From: Candidatus Hodarchaeota archaeon
Lineage (GTDB): Archaea > Asgardarchaeota > Lokiarchaeia > Sigyniarchaeales > SOKP01
Assembly (NCBI GenBank): GCA_048887225.1
Contig: JBHLJY010000009.1
Location: forward strand, 1 to 64,000
DNA length: 64,000 nucleotides
Direction of reading: 5' to 3'
The translations under genes and the position numbers were made by a program. Each line of letters opens with the position of its first letter. The first letter of the stretch is position 1. The notes beneath the pieces are model-generated. The model was not told the origin of the DNA. It searched no databases and saw nothing but the letters and a program-made list of their open reading frames with translations. Of the stretch, positions 39,133-49,712 are shown piece by piece.

Positions 39133-41085
39133 TTATGTAGGAATTGTAAAGTGAATCGTCATACCTTTATTTAAGCCTTCTGAAGTCGCCCATATTTGAC
39201 CTCCATGAGCTTCTACAAATCCTTTAGATATGTATAATCCGAGTCCACTTCCCGTTTGAAAACTTTCATCATCATTCTTAACTCTTTCAAATTTTTTAAA
39301 TATACGGTCAAGATCTTCTTCAGGTAAGCCAATACCATTATCCTTAACCTCAAATAAGTAATGCATTACATCTTTTTTGGCAGAGATTTCAATCTTTCCA
39401 CCTTTAGGAGTAAATTTAGTGGAATTGGATATTAAATTGGAAAATACTTGAAAAATTCGATTAGGATCAATGTTTATGAATATCTCATTATCTATATTCA
39501 AAACCATTTCGTGATCTTTTTCTTTAAAAAGATAATTTAATTCATGTAAACACCTATAGATGATATTACTAACATTGGTTAATTCCAAATTTAACTTTAT
39601 TTTATGGGATTCGATTTTCATAACATCTAATAGTTGATTCATTAAAGTCTGTAAACGATCAATGTTTCTTTGAACGATCAATAAATCATTTTTAACATCA
39701 ACACTCAATTCGTCTATATATTTAGTTAAAATATAGTCTGTATACCCAGCAACAGAAATTAGAGGTGTTTTTAATTCGTGAGCCGCCATCGTAATAAAAT
39801 CATCCTTCGCTTGATCTAATTTCTTTAATTCAATATTTTTTTCTTCTAACTCTTTAGTCCTGTCCCTAACTTTTTCTTCTAATTCTATATTTAAATTTCT
39901 TAATTCTTCTTCAGATTGTTTTATTCTTAATTCTGCTTCTTTTCTTTCTGAAATATCATATGTTGTGCCGTAAAAACCAATTTTTTTGCCATTAGAATCG
40001 CGTTTTAAATAGATTGAGGCCTCAAATATGTGCCGTACTCCATCAGGTCTTACTGTTTCAAGTTCAATAATACCTTTTGGAAGATTTTTTCTATAAATTT
40101 CATTATAAGTTTTAAATATTCTTTTTCCTGTTTCCTCATCAAAAAAATTTCTATAGTTTTTTCCAATAAATTCATCTTTTGAATATCCGAAATAATTAGC
40201 ATGGAATTTATTTACGAAGGTATAATTTCCTTTAAGATCTACCTCATAATACCCTTGTTCAAGTTTATCAAGAATTCCTCGATGCTTTTCTTCAGATTCT
40301 TTAAGTTTTTGCTCGGCTTCTTTTTTGTCCGTCACATCTCTTACTAAAATAATGAATCCTATTACAGTTCCATCCTCATCATAGTAATTTTTCGCCGAAC
40401 ATGAAAACCAAATATAATGCCCATCATGATGTAGCGCTCGAAATTCAAAATCTCCAAAAGCACCAACGTCCCTATTTTTAATAGCATAAGACAAAATATC
40501 TTTTAAGTAGTCTATATCATCTGGATTAACATCGGTCAATAATTGAGTTTCAACATTATATTCTTTCCCTACCATTTTGGATAATTGAGGAGAAATATAT
40601 TTAAATTTTGCGTCAAGTCCTATTATAACAATTGCATCTTTAGAATTTTCAATAATATTTCTATATTTTTGCTCGGATTCTTTTAATTTTTGCTCCAAAA
40701 CGAATTTTTCAGTAACATCAAATACTGTACCTTCAACTTCAAGTCTATTTTTTTCCTTATTTTTATATATATGTGAATGCGCTTGTAAAAAAATTGTCTC
40801 GCCATTTTTGTTTCTAGCACTGTGGATGAAACTCCTTAGTCTTCCCTTTTTAGTCATTTCTTTTTGGAATTTATTGTATTCTTTAATGCTTCCGAAGAAA
40901 TCTTTCGCTGATAAGCCTACTAAACTTTCATCAAGTTCGAAACCTAATATTTTATTCACTGCTGGATTATGTTCTAATATTATTCCATTTATATCAGTCT
41001 TGAAATAACCAAGATCTAAATGTTTTATTATTTGACGATATTTTTCCTCTGATCCCTTAATTTTTTGTTCTGTCATTATTTTCAC
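39133..41085 (-). CDS. Soluble PAS x3 sensor histidine kinase
   Basis: Three SE.KYR..PAS..D(V/I)(T/S) repeats, AHELKTPL, NLISNSTKF, DNGIG, GSGLGL. Confidence 0.92.
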   Translation of the reverse strand: MKIMTEQKIKGSEEKYRQIIKHLDLGYFKTDINGIILEHNPAVNKILGFELDESLVGLSAKDFFGSIKEYNKFQKEMTKKGRLRSFIHSARNKNGETIFLQAHSHIYKNKEKNRLEVEGTVFDVTEKFVLEQKLKESEQKYRNIIENSKDAIVIIGLDAKFKYISPQLSKMVGKEYNVETQLLTDVNPDDIDYLKDILSYAIKNRDVGAFGDFEFRALHHDGHYIWFSCSAKNYYDEDGTVIGFIILVRDVTDKKEAEQKLKESEEKHRGILDKLEQGYYEVDLKGNYTFVNKFHANYFGYSKDEFIGKNYRNFFDEETGKRIFKTYNEIYRKNLPKGIIELETVRPDGVRHIFEASIYLKRDSNGKKIGFYGTTYDISERKEAELRIKQSEEELRNLNIELEEKVRDRTKELEEKNIELKKLDQAKDDFITMAAHELKTPLISVAGYTDYILTKYIDELSVDVKNDLLIVQRNIDRLQTLMNQLLDVMKIESHKIKLNLELTNVSNIIYRCLHELNYLFKEKDHEMVLNIDNEIFINIDPNRIFQVFSNLISNSTKFTPKGGKIEISAKKDVMHYLFEVKDNGIGLPEEDLDRIFKKFERVKNDDESFQTGSGLGLYISKGFVEAHGGQIWATSEGLNKGMTIHFTIPT

Positions 41086-41324
41086 TTAATTAAAATTTTT
41101 TAAATTTATTTTATCATTATTAGAAAACTGCAGAATTAATTTTAAAATTGAGCGATATTCAAAAATTAATATTTGATTCAACTAATTTCATCATATCATT
41201 AAAAATAAAAAAATCTATGTATAGACGATATTACTGAAAAAGAAATAATAATATTAAAAAAAAAGAAGATTTTAAAAAAACCTAAAAAAAATAAATGATT
41301 TTTATTGGTTATTCCATAATAGGA

Positions 41325-41753
41325 TTATTGCTCATCAAGCTCTTGTAAAGTCTCTGCTACAAATTGCAAATATTCGCCGTATGCCATTGTATCTTGAAGA
41401 TTTCCTTCAATTTTAAGGTCACCAGACATATAAGCGCTGGTACCATCAATTTCACCTGACATGAGGCCACTCATTGTATCCCAATTTGCTGACATTGTGA
41501 ATGATGGGTCTGCACCTTCACCCTCACCATAATCAAAGACACCATCTCCAATTTTAGCCCACCATTTAAAATCTTTGTCATCTATTACCATTTGCCCAAC
41601 AAATTGATCAATATCTTCTAATTCTTCCTTTAAATCATCAATTTCAGCAGATGCCTGCTTCATGAGCTCAAAAATTTTCAACAGGTCCTTAGGCTCACCC
41701 AATCCTTCATCTCGCAATTTTCTTACTTCATTGGCTAATGCTTCATCAACCAT
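41325..41753 (-). CDS. SCP2 sterol/lipid-carrier domain protein
   Basis: GEIDGTSAYMSGDLKIEGNL. Confidence 0.88.
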   Translation of the reverse strand: MVDEALANEVRKLRDEGLGEPKDLLKIFELMKQASAEIDDLKEELEDIDQFVGQMVIDDKDFKWWAKIGDGVFDYGEGEGADPSFTMSANWDTMSGLMSGEIDGTSAYMSGDLKIEGNLQDTMAYGEYLQFVAETLQELDEQ

Positions 41754-41928
41754 AAAATTTCAACTTTTTTTCTCTTATCTTTATTTTTTTAATCATTTGA
41801 ATTAAATGATAATTAAAAATAACATTTTAGAATATTAAAAGGTTTTATTTTATTTGAAAAGTTAATTCAAATGATTATTTTAATATATTCAGAGTCAAGT
41901 TAATCATAAAGAAAAAAAGGTAATTTAT

Positions 41929-43149
41929 TTGGAAGATATAGAAAAAAAGATTTTAAATAAAATTGACAATATGAAGGATGAGATTGTAAAGTTTCACCAA
42001 CAAATTGTACAGATTCCTTCCGAGAATCCTCCAAGAAAATATAAGGAGATTTCTAAATTTACAGAGAAAGCGTTTAAAGAATTAGGATTAAAAACTCAAG
42101 TTAAAAGAGATAATGTGATAGGGGAAATAGGAAATGGAGACGATAAATCTCTAATATTATACGGTCATCTCGATACGATTGAGGCTTTTAAGGGATGGTC
42201 AAACGATCCATTTGGAGGTAAAATAATTAATGGAAAAATCTATGGTCGTGGTTCATCTGATGATAAATCCAGTGTAACAGCAGAGATCTTTGCTACTAAA
42301 GCATTACTTGAAGCAGGCGTTAAACTTAATGGAGAATTAATCCTTACTGCTGTTATTGATGAGGAAACTGGTGGATTAAGAGGGGCTGATTTTTTATTAA
42401 GTAAGGGAATTCTAAAAGGGGACGCATGCTTATTAGGTGATGCACCATGTAATTATCCTTTTGGATATTGTGGTGGGGCAATGTATATAACATTTATAAC
42501 TTATGGAAAACAAGCTCATGGATTGGGATTTCCAGACTTGCCAGCTCCTTATCGTAGTAACTATTCAGGAATAAATGCCATCGAAAAAATGATTAAAATT
42601 ATAAACTTCTTATTGAAATTAAAGGAGACTTTTTTGAGAAAAGAGACTAAATATGCTCTACCAAAAGGCTGGAATGCTAAGGTTAGTAGTGTAAATTTAG
42701 CGGTAATTGATGGAGGTACGAAAATAACTACAGTTCCCAATAGTTGTTTATTACATTGTAGTATTAATACAATTCCCGAACAGGATATTGAAAGTATTAA
42801 AACAAGAATTTTGAATTATGTGGAAGATTTGAAAAAACAAGACCCAGATTTAGATATTACAGTCCAAATTCCTATTTCATTTGAACCACAAATTATTGAT
42901 GAGAATTCCGATTTTGCCCTAGCTGTAAAAAAATCAACAGAAGTGGTATTTAATGAAGAGAGAGAATTTAAATTATTTTTGCCCTCAACAGATGCTCATT
43001 GGTTTCAGGAAAGAGGAATTGAAACTATTTTAATAGGCGCTTCTCGACAGGATAATAACGTTCATGCTGAAAATGAATTTGTATATATTGAAGATTTAAT
43101 AAACACAACTAAAATATTTGCCCTTACAGCGCTAAATTATCTAAAATAA
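41929..43149 (+). CDS. M20 metallopeptidase, ArgE/DapE family
   Basis: GHLDT, GRGSSDDK, DEETGG, GKQAHG, NAI, HAENE. Confidence 0.9.
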   Translation: MEDIEKKILNKIDNMKDEIVKFHQQIVQIPSENPPRKYKEISKFTEKAFKELGLKTQVKRDNVIGEIGNGDDKSLILYGHLDTIEAFKGWSNDPFGGKIINGKIYGRGSSDDKSSVTAEIFATKALLEAGVKLNGELILTAVIDEETGGLRGADFLLSKGILKGDACLLGDAPCNYPFGYCGGAMYITFITYGKQAHGLGFPDLPAPYRSNYSGINAIEKMIKIINFLLKLKETFLRKETKYALPKGWNAKVSSVNLAVIDGGTKITTVPNSCLLHCSINTIPEQDIESIKTRILNYVEDLKKQDPDLDITVQIPISFEPQIIDENSDFALAVKKSTEVVFNEEREFKLFLPSTDAHWFQERGIETILIGASRQDNNVHAENEFVYIEDLINTTKIFALTALNYLK

Positions 43150-43176
43150 ACTAATCTCTTAATTTTATATTCTAAA

Positions 43177-43791
43177 ATGGAAAATGTAGAACCTTCATTT
43201 GAGATTGATGATAAAGGTCGAGTAATTTGTAAGAAACATTCAAAATACGAATATTTCATTGAACCTAAAGACCATTTTCAAGAGTTGTATTTAGATTTTG
43301 AATTAACTTGTAAGACATGTTCTTATTATAAAAATGACAACTGTTATTTTTCCAGATCAAGAATAGACGATATTGAATATAAAAGGCAAAAGAAAAAAAA
43401 ATTGTTTTTATGTAAATTATGCGGCAGAAAAATTGATCGAATGTTAACAGTCATCCATAAAATATTTTATAAAGAAATTTACGATGTAGATTTACCTTTA
43501 ATTTGCTGCGATTGCTATGAAAAAATAAATAATAATGAGTTTCTATCATATAGTAAGAAGATGACAGAGTTTTACATTCTTAATATAATCCTCTCAATAT
43601 ATTTTATCTGTTTATTTGCTTTTTTCTTATCAATATTAGAAGTTCAACCCATATTATATTACACATTAATTGTACCATTATTTTCATTTGTAAGTTTCAT
43701 TTTCATTTTTATAATTGTTAAATGTATAAAGAAATTGCGATATTTCATTTTTGGAATAAAATATTTCAAGAAGCATTTTAATTTCAAATGA
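43177..43791 (+). CDS. Cys-rich zinc-binding protein with two C-terminal TMs
   Basis: CKKH, CKTC-x6-C, CKLCG, CCDC, then two hydrophobic helices. Confidence 0.7.
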   Translation: MENVEPSFEIDDKGRVICKKHSKYEYFIEPKDHFQELYLDFELTCKTCSYYKNDNCYFSRSRIDDIEYKRQKKKKLFLCKLCGRKIDRMLTVIHKIFYKEIYDVDLPLICCDCYEKINNNEFLSYSKKMTEFYILNIILSIYFICLFAFFLSILEVQPILYYTLIVPLFSFVSFIFIFIIVKCIKKLRYFIFGIKYFKKHFNFK

Positions 43792-43804
43792 AAAACTTAT
43801 ATAT

Positions 43805-44914
43805 CTAACCTAGAGTACCAGCCCAACCTCTTACAAGTTTGCGCATTTTTTCTTGTCTAGAGATTATTTCTCCTAATTGCTTTTTGGATTTATTGGTCAA
43901 GTTGACAATTTCAGGTACGAAATTATAATGAATTAAATAATCTTTGCACTGTTTTGAAATTAATCCATTTGAAATTTTTTGAGGATTATTTTTAAAATTG
44001 GAGTATTCCGCTTCCCAACTTTCTAAAAAATGTTCAATATCGCTCTTTGATTCGAAAACAGGTAAAACACCTAGGTTATTTGGTGTAGTTACTGCTACAT
44101 TAGCGCGTTCAGCACTAAATCTATTTCCGTTGAATGAAACCGCAATCCCTCCCTCATCATTTAATCTTTGAAGCATATTAATATCTGTAATCGAATCACC
44201 TAAAGCAATCATATCTGATATAGGTACATTTGTTCTTTTTGTTATATCCTCTATTGCTAATTCTTTTCTTTTACCTCCTCTTACCCTTACATGATTCATT
44301 ACTTTAATATAATCAGTTTCTCCTCCTTTCCAAAAGAAATTATTTAGATCCTCTATAACTACTTCTAGCTTTTTTTTATTATTAAGATATTTTTTAAAAA
44401 TTTTTTTTACTAGGATATTTACTGAATCTTCTATATTTGATACACCTGCTTTTAATTGTTCAATGTCTAAATCAGTACAGTATACGTGATCTTGAGGTAT
44501 ATTTAAAGAACCTGTAACTACATGAGCAAAATGTGTGTAACTAGTTGAAATGACATAAATATCCCAATTCTTTTTTAATTTTACCATCAAATCTTTACTG
44601 CCTGGGAGAAAACCGAGATTATTTTTAGCTATATTAATTAATTCTTTATCAGAAAAACAAGCAACATATAACGGGGCCATAATTCTTAGAGTGTCCCCAG
44701 GTTGATATTCTGGTATATTTAATGTGTCTTTAACACCAGGAGTATCGATTAAATAATCATCATAATTTGAAATCATAATAAAAAATTCGCCCATATTATA
44801 ATTTTGGAGATGCAATTCAGGCTTTTCATTTAACAATCGCCCAATCTCGGCTGCAAAATCTATGACTGATATTGGTCCTTCTAAATCCCAACAACAAACA
44901 TTTTTTTTGCTCAT
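43805..44914 (-). CDS. HAD-superfamily protein (COG4030/EhaR-like)
   Basis: WDLEGPIS..DFA, PGDTLR, ISTSY, GDSITD, SFNGN. Confidence 0.8.
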   Translation of the reverse strand: MSKKNVCCWDLEGPISVIDFAAEIGRLLNEKPELHLQNYNMGEFFIMISNYDDYLIDTPGVKDTLNIPEYQPGDTLRIMAPLYVACFSDKELINIAKNNLGFLPGSKDLMVKLKKNWDIYVISTSYTHFAHVVTGSLNIPQDHVYCTDLDIEQLKAGVSNIEDSVNILVKKIFKKYLNNKKKLEVVIEDLNNFFWKGGETDYIKVMNHVRVRGGKRKELAIEDITKRTNVPISDMIALGDSITDINMLQRLNDEGGIAVSFNGNRFSAERANVAVTTPNNLGVLPVFESKSDIEHFLESWEAEYSNFKNNPQKISNGLISKQCKDYLIHYNFVPEIVNLTNKSKKQLGEIISRQEKMRKLVRGWAGTLG

Positions 44915-44983
44915 AAAATTAAAAGGGAAAAGAAATCTTAATTAATTTACTTATTAAGAGTTTATTACAGGTTAACGTATAGA

Positions 44984-45469
44984 TTAACTTTTAAAGATCT
45001 CTTCGATTGTTTTTTCTTTTCTTTCTTTATCAATAATATAGCGCCAATTTGGTTCTATAGCATCAAAAGCTTCTTCCGCTAATTTTTTCACTTCTTCATC
45101 ATCACTGCTAAGAAATTGCCCTATATATGATAATGCCCTCCTATCTTTTATTCTTATTAGAGACTCTATAATGTAAATTATTCGATATTTATCAAGGCTT
45201 CCTTGTTTTTTATCTTCTTCAAGTTTCTCAATAATCCGCATTGTCGCTCTGCCATCTCCAATTCTGCCCATTGCCTCAATTATCCGATTTTGTACCATCT
45301 TATCTTTTTCAGATCTTAGCGCACGACAAAGTAAATTGACCGCTCTTCCATCCTTCATTAAACCTAGTTCACGCGCAGCATCTGATCTTTTTTGCCAATC
45401 TTCACTATGAAATAATTGTTTTATTAATGCATTGAATTCTCTGTTCTTTTCATGCCAAGATTCGGACAT
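44984..45469 (-). CDS. HEAT/PBS-lyase repeat protein
   Basis: RSDAARELG..D.RAV, EAMGRIGDGRA, ESLIRIKDRRA repeats. Confidence 0.85.
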   Translation of the reverse strand: MSESWHEKNREFNALIKQLFHSEDWQKRSDAARELGLMKDGRAVNLLCRALRSEKDKMVQNRIIEAMGRIGDGRATMRIIEKLEEDKKQGSLDKYRIIYIIESLIRIKDRRALSYIGQFLSSDDEEVKKLAEEAFDAIEPNWRYIIDKERKEKTIEEIFKS

Positions 45470-45560
45470 AATTCAAGCTAAATATAGGTTTAATCTATTA
45501 TAAATTAAGGAATATAAAATATAAAATCTATTAGATAAAAAGAGAAAAATACTTTTATTC

Positions 45561-46883
45561 TTATTTATTAAAAATCGAATTCATGTGATCTATTCTTTTT
45601 TGTAGTAATTTTAAAGTACCTATATCCTTTCTATGAAATAATTTGCCTTCGATGCATCCAACTCCTGATTCTGCTATTCGTTCCGCATCTTCTAAAGAAC
45701 TAGCAATTCCTAATACACCCATAGCTCTTGAGGTTGTAGTATACACATTTTCACCTTCTCGGTAAACAGAAGCATAGTAGTATTTAGCTCCCGTTTTTTT
45801 TAATTTCTCTCTGTTTATCTTTACTAATTCGTCCTTTTTCGGCGATATTGGATATCCCTCTGGTGCGAGGTATTTACAAACTGTAGCCTTTTTTTCGTAT
45901 TCTACTTCGATATTTAGATTGCTATTAATAATAGCCCAACATATTTCAACAAAATTAGTTTTTAAAAGTGGAAGGACGTTCATGGCTTCAGGATCGCCCA
46001 TTCGAGCGTTAAATTCAATTAACTTTATACCATTAGTAGTTTTCATATATTGCCCATATAGAAATCCTTTATATTCAACGCCTGTTTCAGATTTTACCGC
46101 AGCAACAACTTTTTCCATGTCTTTAATCGCTTCATCAACATCTTTTTCATCAATAAAGGGTAATACGTGATCCTCCATAGAATAAGATCCCATTCCACCA
46201 GTATTTGGTCCTTCGTCATTTTCATAAGCTCTTTTATGATCTTGGACTAATGGTGAGCCGATTACCTTCTTTCCATCTACAAATGTTTGTAAGGTAAATT
46301 CCTCACCATTACATCTTTCTTCTAGTAAAAATCTATCTTTTTTTCTCACAAGCTCTTGGCAATAATCTATAATATCTTTCTTTGAAAACAGATGATCACC
46401 GTAAACTTTTACCCCTTTTCCACCCGTTAATCCCTCAGGTTTTACGACTATATTTTCTTCTCCCATATCTTTAATATAACTTTCTACCCCGTCCATTGAA
46501 TCAAACCTTTTGCTTTTTACATTTGAGGGGATCTTATATTTTTCAAGTAAATTTCTTGTAAATATTTTAGATCCTTCTAATTGGGCCGCCTCTATTTTTG
46601 GACCAATACAAGGTATATTACTTTTTTCTAGAGCATCTACAATTCCTACGCATAAAGGTGCTTCTGGGCCGATAACTGTAAAGTCAATTTTTTTAGCTTT
46701 AGCAAATTCGATTATTTCTTTAAAATCAGTTTCAGAATGAATTTTTATTTTCCCTTCGCTTAAATCTTCTAATCCTGCATTCTTAAAACTCATAAAAGCA
46801 AATAAATTAGCGCCACTCTGAACTAGAGATTCTCCAATTACGTGTTCTCTTGCTCCATGACCAACAATTAAGCAATTTACCAT
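45561..46883 (-). CDS. purD: Phosphoribosylamine--glycine ligase
   Basis: VGHGAREH, GPEAPL, LEGSK, GGKGV, QDHKRAY..D.GPNTGGMG, EFNARMGDPE. Confidence 0.97.
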   Translation of the reverse strand: MVNCLIVGHGAREHVIGESLVQSGANLFAFMSFKNAGLEDLSEGKIKIHSETDFKEIIEFAKAKKIDFTVIGPEAPLCVGIVDALEKSNIPCIGPKIEAAQLEGSKIFTRNLLEKYKIPSNVKSKRFDSMDGVESYIKDMGEENIVVKPEGLTGGKGVKVYGDHLFSKKDIIDYCQELVRKKDRFLLEERCNGEEFTLQTFVDGKKVIGSPLVQDHKRAYENDEGPNTGGMGSYSMEDHVLPFIDEKDVDEAIKDMEKVVAAVKSETGVEYKGFLYGQYMKTTNGIKLIEFNARMGDPEAMNVLPLLKTNFVEICWAIINSNLNIEVEYEKKATVCKYLAPEGYPISPKKDELVKINREKLKKTGAKYYYASVYREGENVYTTTSRAMGVLGIASSLEDAERIAESGVGCIEGKLFHRKDIGTLKLLQKRIDHMNSIFNK

Positions 46884-47042
46884 AAATTATCAACTTTGAA
46901 AAATTATAAATCTCAAATCTTCTAATTTAACTATTTTATTAAATAATTAAACACTAATTATTAACCAAGTAATTAATAGGAGGGTAAAGTCTTAGATTTA
47001 ATCATTTTATTTAAGATAAGAATTCCGAAATCTTACATATTT

Positions 47043-47705
47043 TTATATGAAATAATATCTCTTTTTTAACCAATAAGGAAATAGATATAAGATAAGAATA
47101 TCTGGATATCTTGTATCTCGATCACCAAAATTTTTATCTAAGTATAAAACAACAGAGTGAGGTTCATTATTGTTTTTACTTTTATGAACATAAGTAATGG
47201 GAGTTTTTGGTAATGTGGAATCTTCAATTATTTTTTTTGGAACTGGTATATGAATAATTTCATTACATTTTTCACATTTAATTAAGACATATCTAATAGC
47301 TGAGGATTTTTTTGCCTCATCATTTTTTTCTTTTTTTGTTGAAATAATGACGTCGATTGTCTTTGGTAATATTATATTAAAATCGTGATCGACTTCAAAT
47401 ATTAGGCAATGTATATTATTGTCTTTTTTATTTTCATGAATATAATTAATAAGCACTTCTCTCTTTTTCAATTCTAAAACTGGTTTTATAGGAATCGAAA
47501 TTAATACTTTTTTATTGCATCTTTTACAATCTATAATTACGGTCTTAAATTCTTTAGAATCAACTTTTTTTATCTTATCTAATAATACTTCTGACAAGGT
47601 TGGTGAATCTAATGAAATTGAGGCTTCCTTACGAGGCGGTGGTACGGGAGGAGCATGAAACTCGTCAAATTCATTTAATTCTTCTCTTCTTTTTTTTTCA
47701 TTCAT
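47043..47705 (-). CDS. Protein with two copies of a CxxC...H...H domain
   Basis: CKRC..ISIP..YIH..HCLIFEVDHDF and CEKC..IPVP..YVH..HSVVLYLDKNF. Confidence 0.75.
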   Translation of the reverse strand: MNEKKRREELNEFDEFHAPPVPPPRKEASISLDSPTLSEVLLDKIKKVDSKEFKTVIIDCKRCNKKVLISIPIKPVLELKKREVLINYIHENKKDNNIHCLIFEVDHDFNIILPKTIDVIISTKKEKNDEAKKSSAIRYVLIKCEKCNEIIHIPVPKKIIEDSTLPKTPITYVHKSKNNNEPHSVVLYLDKNFGDRDTRYPDILILYLFPYWLKKRYYFI

Positions 47706-47918
47706 AATTAAAACTCGCCTCTTTAATTGTATTCAATATATTTAGGAATGAATCTATTTTAAAATTTAAATATTTTTTCTAATAAACAATACAATATTTA
47801 CAATGAATAAAGAAATTAGCATTTTAAGGTTTATTTTATATTGAGTAAATTATAAATTATCTTTACAATTATCTTTCACGCACAAATGTATCAATAATAT
47901 ATTAGTTGTTGTATAAAA

Positions 47919-49061
47919 ATGTCAGAAGTAAAATATAAAAAAGCTGCTCAAGTAATTGTAAAAGCGGGATTATTACCTTTTCCCATTAATGACACACTCT
48001 TAGAAATCTTAAAGCTTTTAATCGAGGAGGATGAATTAGATTTTATTATGGCTTTTAAAAGAAAACGTTCCCAAACTATAGAAGAATTAAAAAAGAGTAG
48101 TAAAATGTCAGAAGAAGATATCTTAAAAAATGTAAAATCGTTAGCTAAAAAAGGAGTTATTTTTAATCAGCCTAGTTCTTCAGGCATTATGGTTTATAGG
48201 TTATTACCTTTAATGATGGTCGGGCCTTTTGAATATATCTTCATGCAAAAACTCAGCTATTCCGAAAGAGAAAAGAAGTTTGCTACTCTCTTTAAGAAAT
48301 TATTTAATGAGGTTAAAGACTTTATTCAAGATCATTTAGATATGTTCACACCCATTTTTGAAAAGTTACCCCCTATTGATCGGACTGTAGCTCTCTTAGA
48401 TAAAAACGTATCTGGAAATGAAATTCAGCTCTCTGTCAATGAGGAAGTTGAGGCCCCAATTGAACAAATAATCACTGCTCAGAAAATAGAAACATTAATA
48501 GAAAAGTTTGATGACATTGCCGTCGGGCATTGTTTCTGCCGGCATCATAAAGATCTTTTGGGTCTTGGATGTAAAACAACTGATCTTAGAGAAAATTGTT
48601 TTGTTATGGGAAAATCTGCTCGATATATTTCTGAACAAGGATTTGGACGAATTATATCAAAAGAGGAAGCATTAAAAATATTAAAAGATTCTGAGGAAGC
48701 AGGTTTAGTTCATAAAGCATTCCACACTCATGAAGATTTATCTAAAGATGAGACAAGTATTTGCAATTGTTGTGAGGACTGCTGTGCGACATTCGAGTTA
48801 TGGAGAGAGGGAGTACTACCTCTTATTAATGCAACAAATTATTTAGCAGGAGTAAATGAAGAATTGTGCATCGGATGCACAACATGTGTAGAAAAATGCC
48901 CAGTAAAAGCCATAGAATTAAATGATGAGAATAAAGCAGATGTAAACAAAGCTTACTGCATTGGATGTGGTATTTGCGCCCATTTTTGTCCTGAAGGAGC
49001 TATATCATTACTAGAGGGGATGAGAAAGGTTTATATTCCACCGCCAAAATTAAGAAGCTAA
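47919..49061 (+). CDS. wHTH + Fe-S + 2x[4Fe-4S] protein
   Basis: N-terminal HTH, HCFCRHH..C..C, ICNCCEDCC, CIGCTTCVEKCP, CIGCGICAHFCP. Confidence 0.88.
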   Translation: MSEVKYKKAAQVIVKAGLLPFPINDTLLEILKLLIEEDELDFIMAFKRKRSQTIEELKKSSKMSEEDILKNVKSLAKKGVIFNQPSSSGIMVYRLLPLMMVGPFEYIFMQKLSYSEREKKFATLFKKLFNEVKDFIQDHLDMFTPIFEKLPPIDRTVALLDKNVSGNEIQLSVNEEVEAPIEQIITAQKIETLIEKFDDIAVGHCFCRHHKDLLGLGCKTTDLRENCFVMGKSARYISEQGFGRIISKEEALKILKDSEEAGLVHKAFHTHEDLSKDETSICNCCEDCCATFELWREGVLPLINATNYLAGVNEELCIGCTTCVEKCPVKAIELNDENKADVNKAYCIGCGICAHFCPEGAISLLEGMRKVYIPPPKLRS

Positions 49062-49097
49062 TTTTATATAAATCTTTTTTATTTTTTCTTTTAAATA

Positions 49098-49478
49098 TTA
49101 AAAATCTTTATTCTTTTCTATTCTTACAAAACATTCTGCCGCATATTCAAGATCTTCAAATTTTAATGGTTTTTCGAAAGAACGTAGTATTTCAGATATA
49201 AATTTCTCGCATAAACCTGAATTTAAAGTGCTTCCTCTTTTTTCAATTAATTGTTGTAGCTCATTAATAAAATTAAATTCTTTATTTACCTCGATTTCAT
49301 CCGTAAGATTTGTTTCATGTTCCGCAATTTTAATAGGTTTAATCAGAGCTTCTTCTTTTTCCATTGATACCTCCTCACTTGTTTTAGGAAGTGATTTTAC
49401 TGAAATTTTTTTTGTGAACTTTATTTGGCTTGGAGATATGAATCTTTTCTTTTTTTCAGAATTGTTTTTTTCATCCAT
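49098..49478 (-). CDS. Hypothetical protein
   Basis: 126-aa ORF with a charged N-terminus and helical C-terminus. Confidence 0.65.
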   Translation of the reverse strand: MDEKNNSEKKKRFISPSQIKFTKKISVKSLPKTSEEVSMEKEEALIKPIKIAEHETNLTDEIEVNKEFNFINELQQLIEKRGSTLNSGLCEKFISEILRSFEKPLKFEDLEYAAECFVRIEKNKDF

Positions 49479-49712
49479 TTTTCAGAGAGACCTATATTCT
49501 TTCTAATGATCGATGTTCACATACTCAATAGAAATGTAAATTGATTTTAAATTTATTAGACAAAAATAAAATAATTACTTTCCTTAATAATCTTTTACAC
49601 ATGGATACATTTAATAACTTATTAAAAAATAATAAAAAATATTTAAGTTTGTTATTATAATATTTTTAAGAACCTTTATCAGTAAATATCTGATCTTTGC
49701 GATTTCAAGAAT

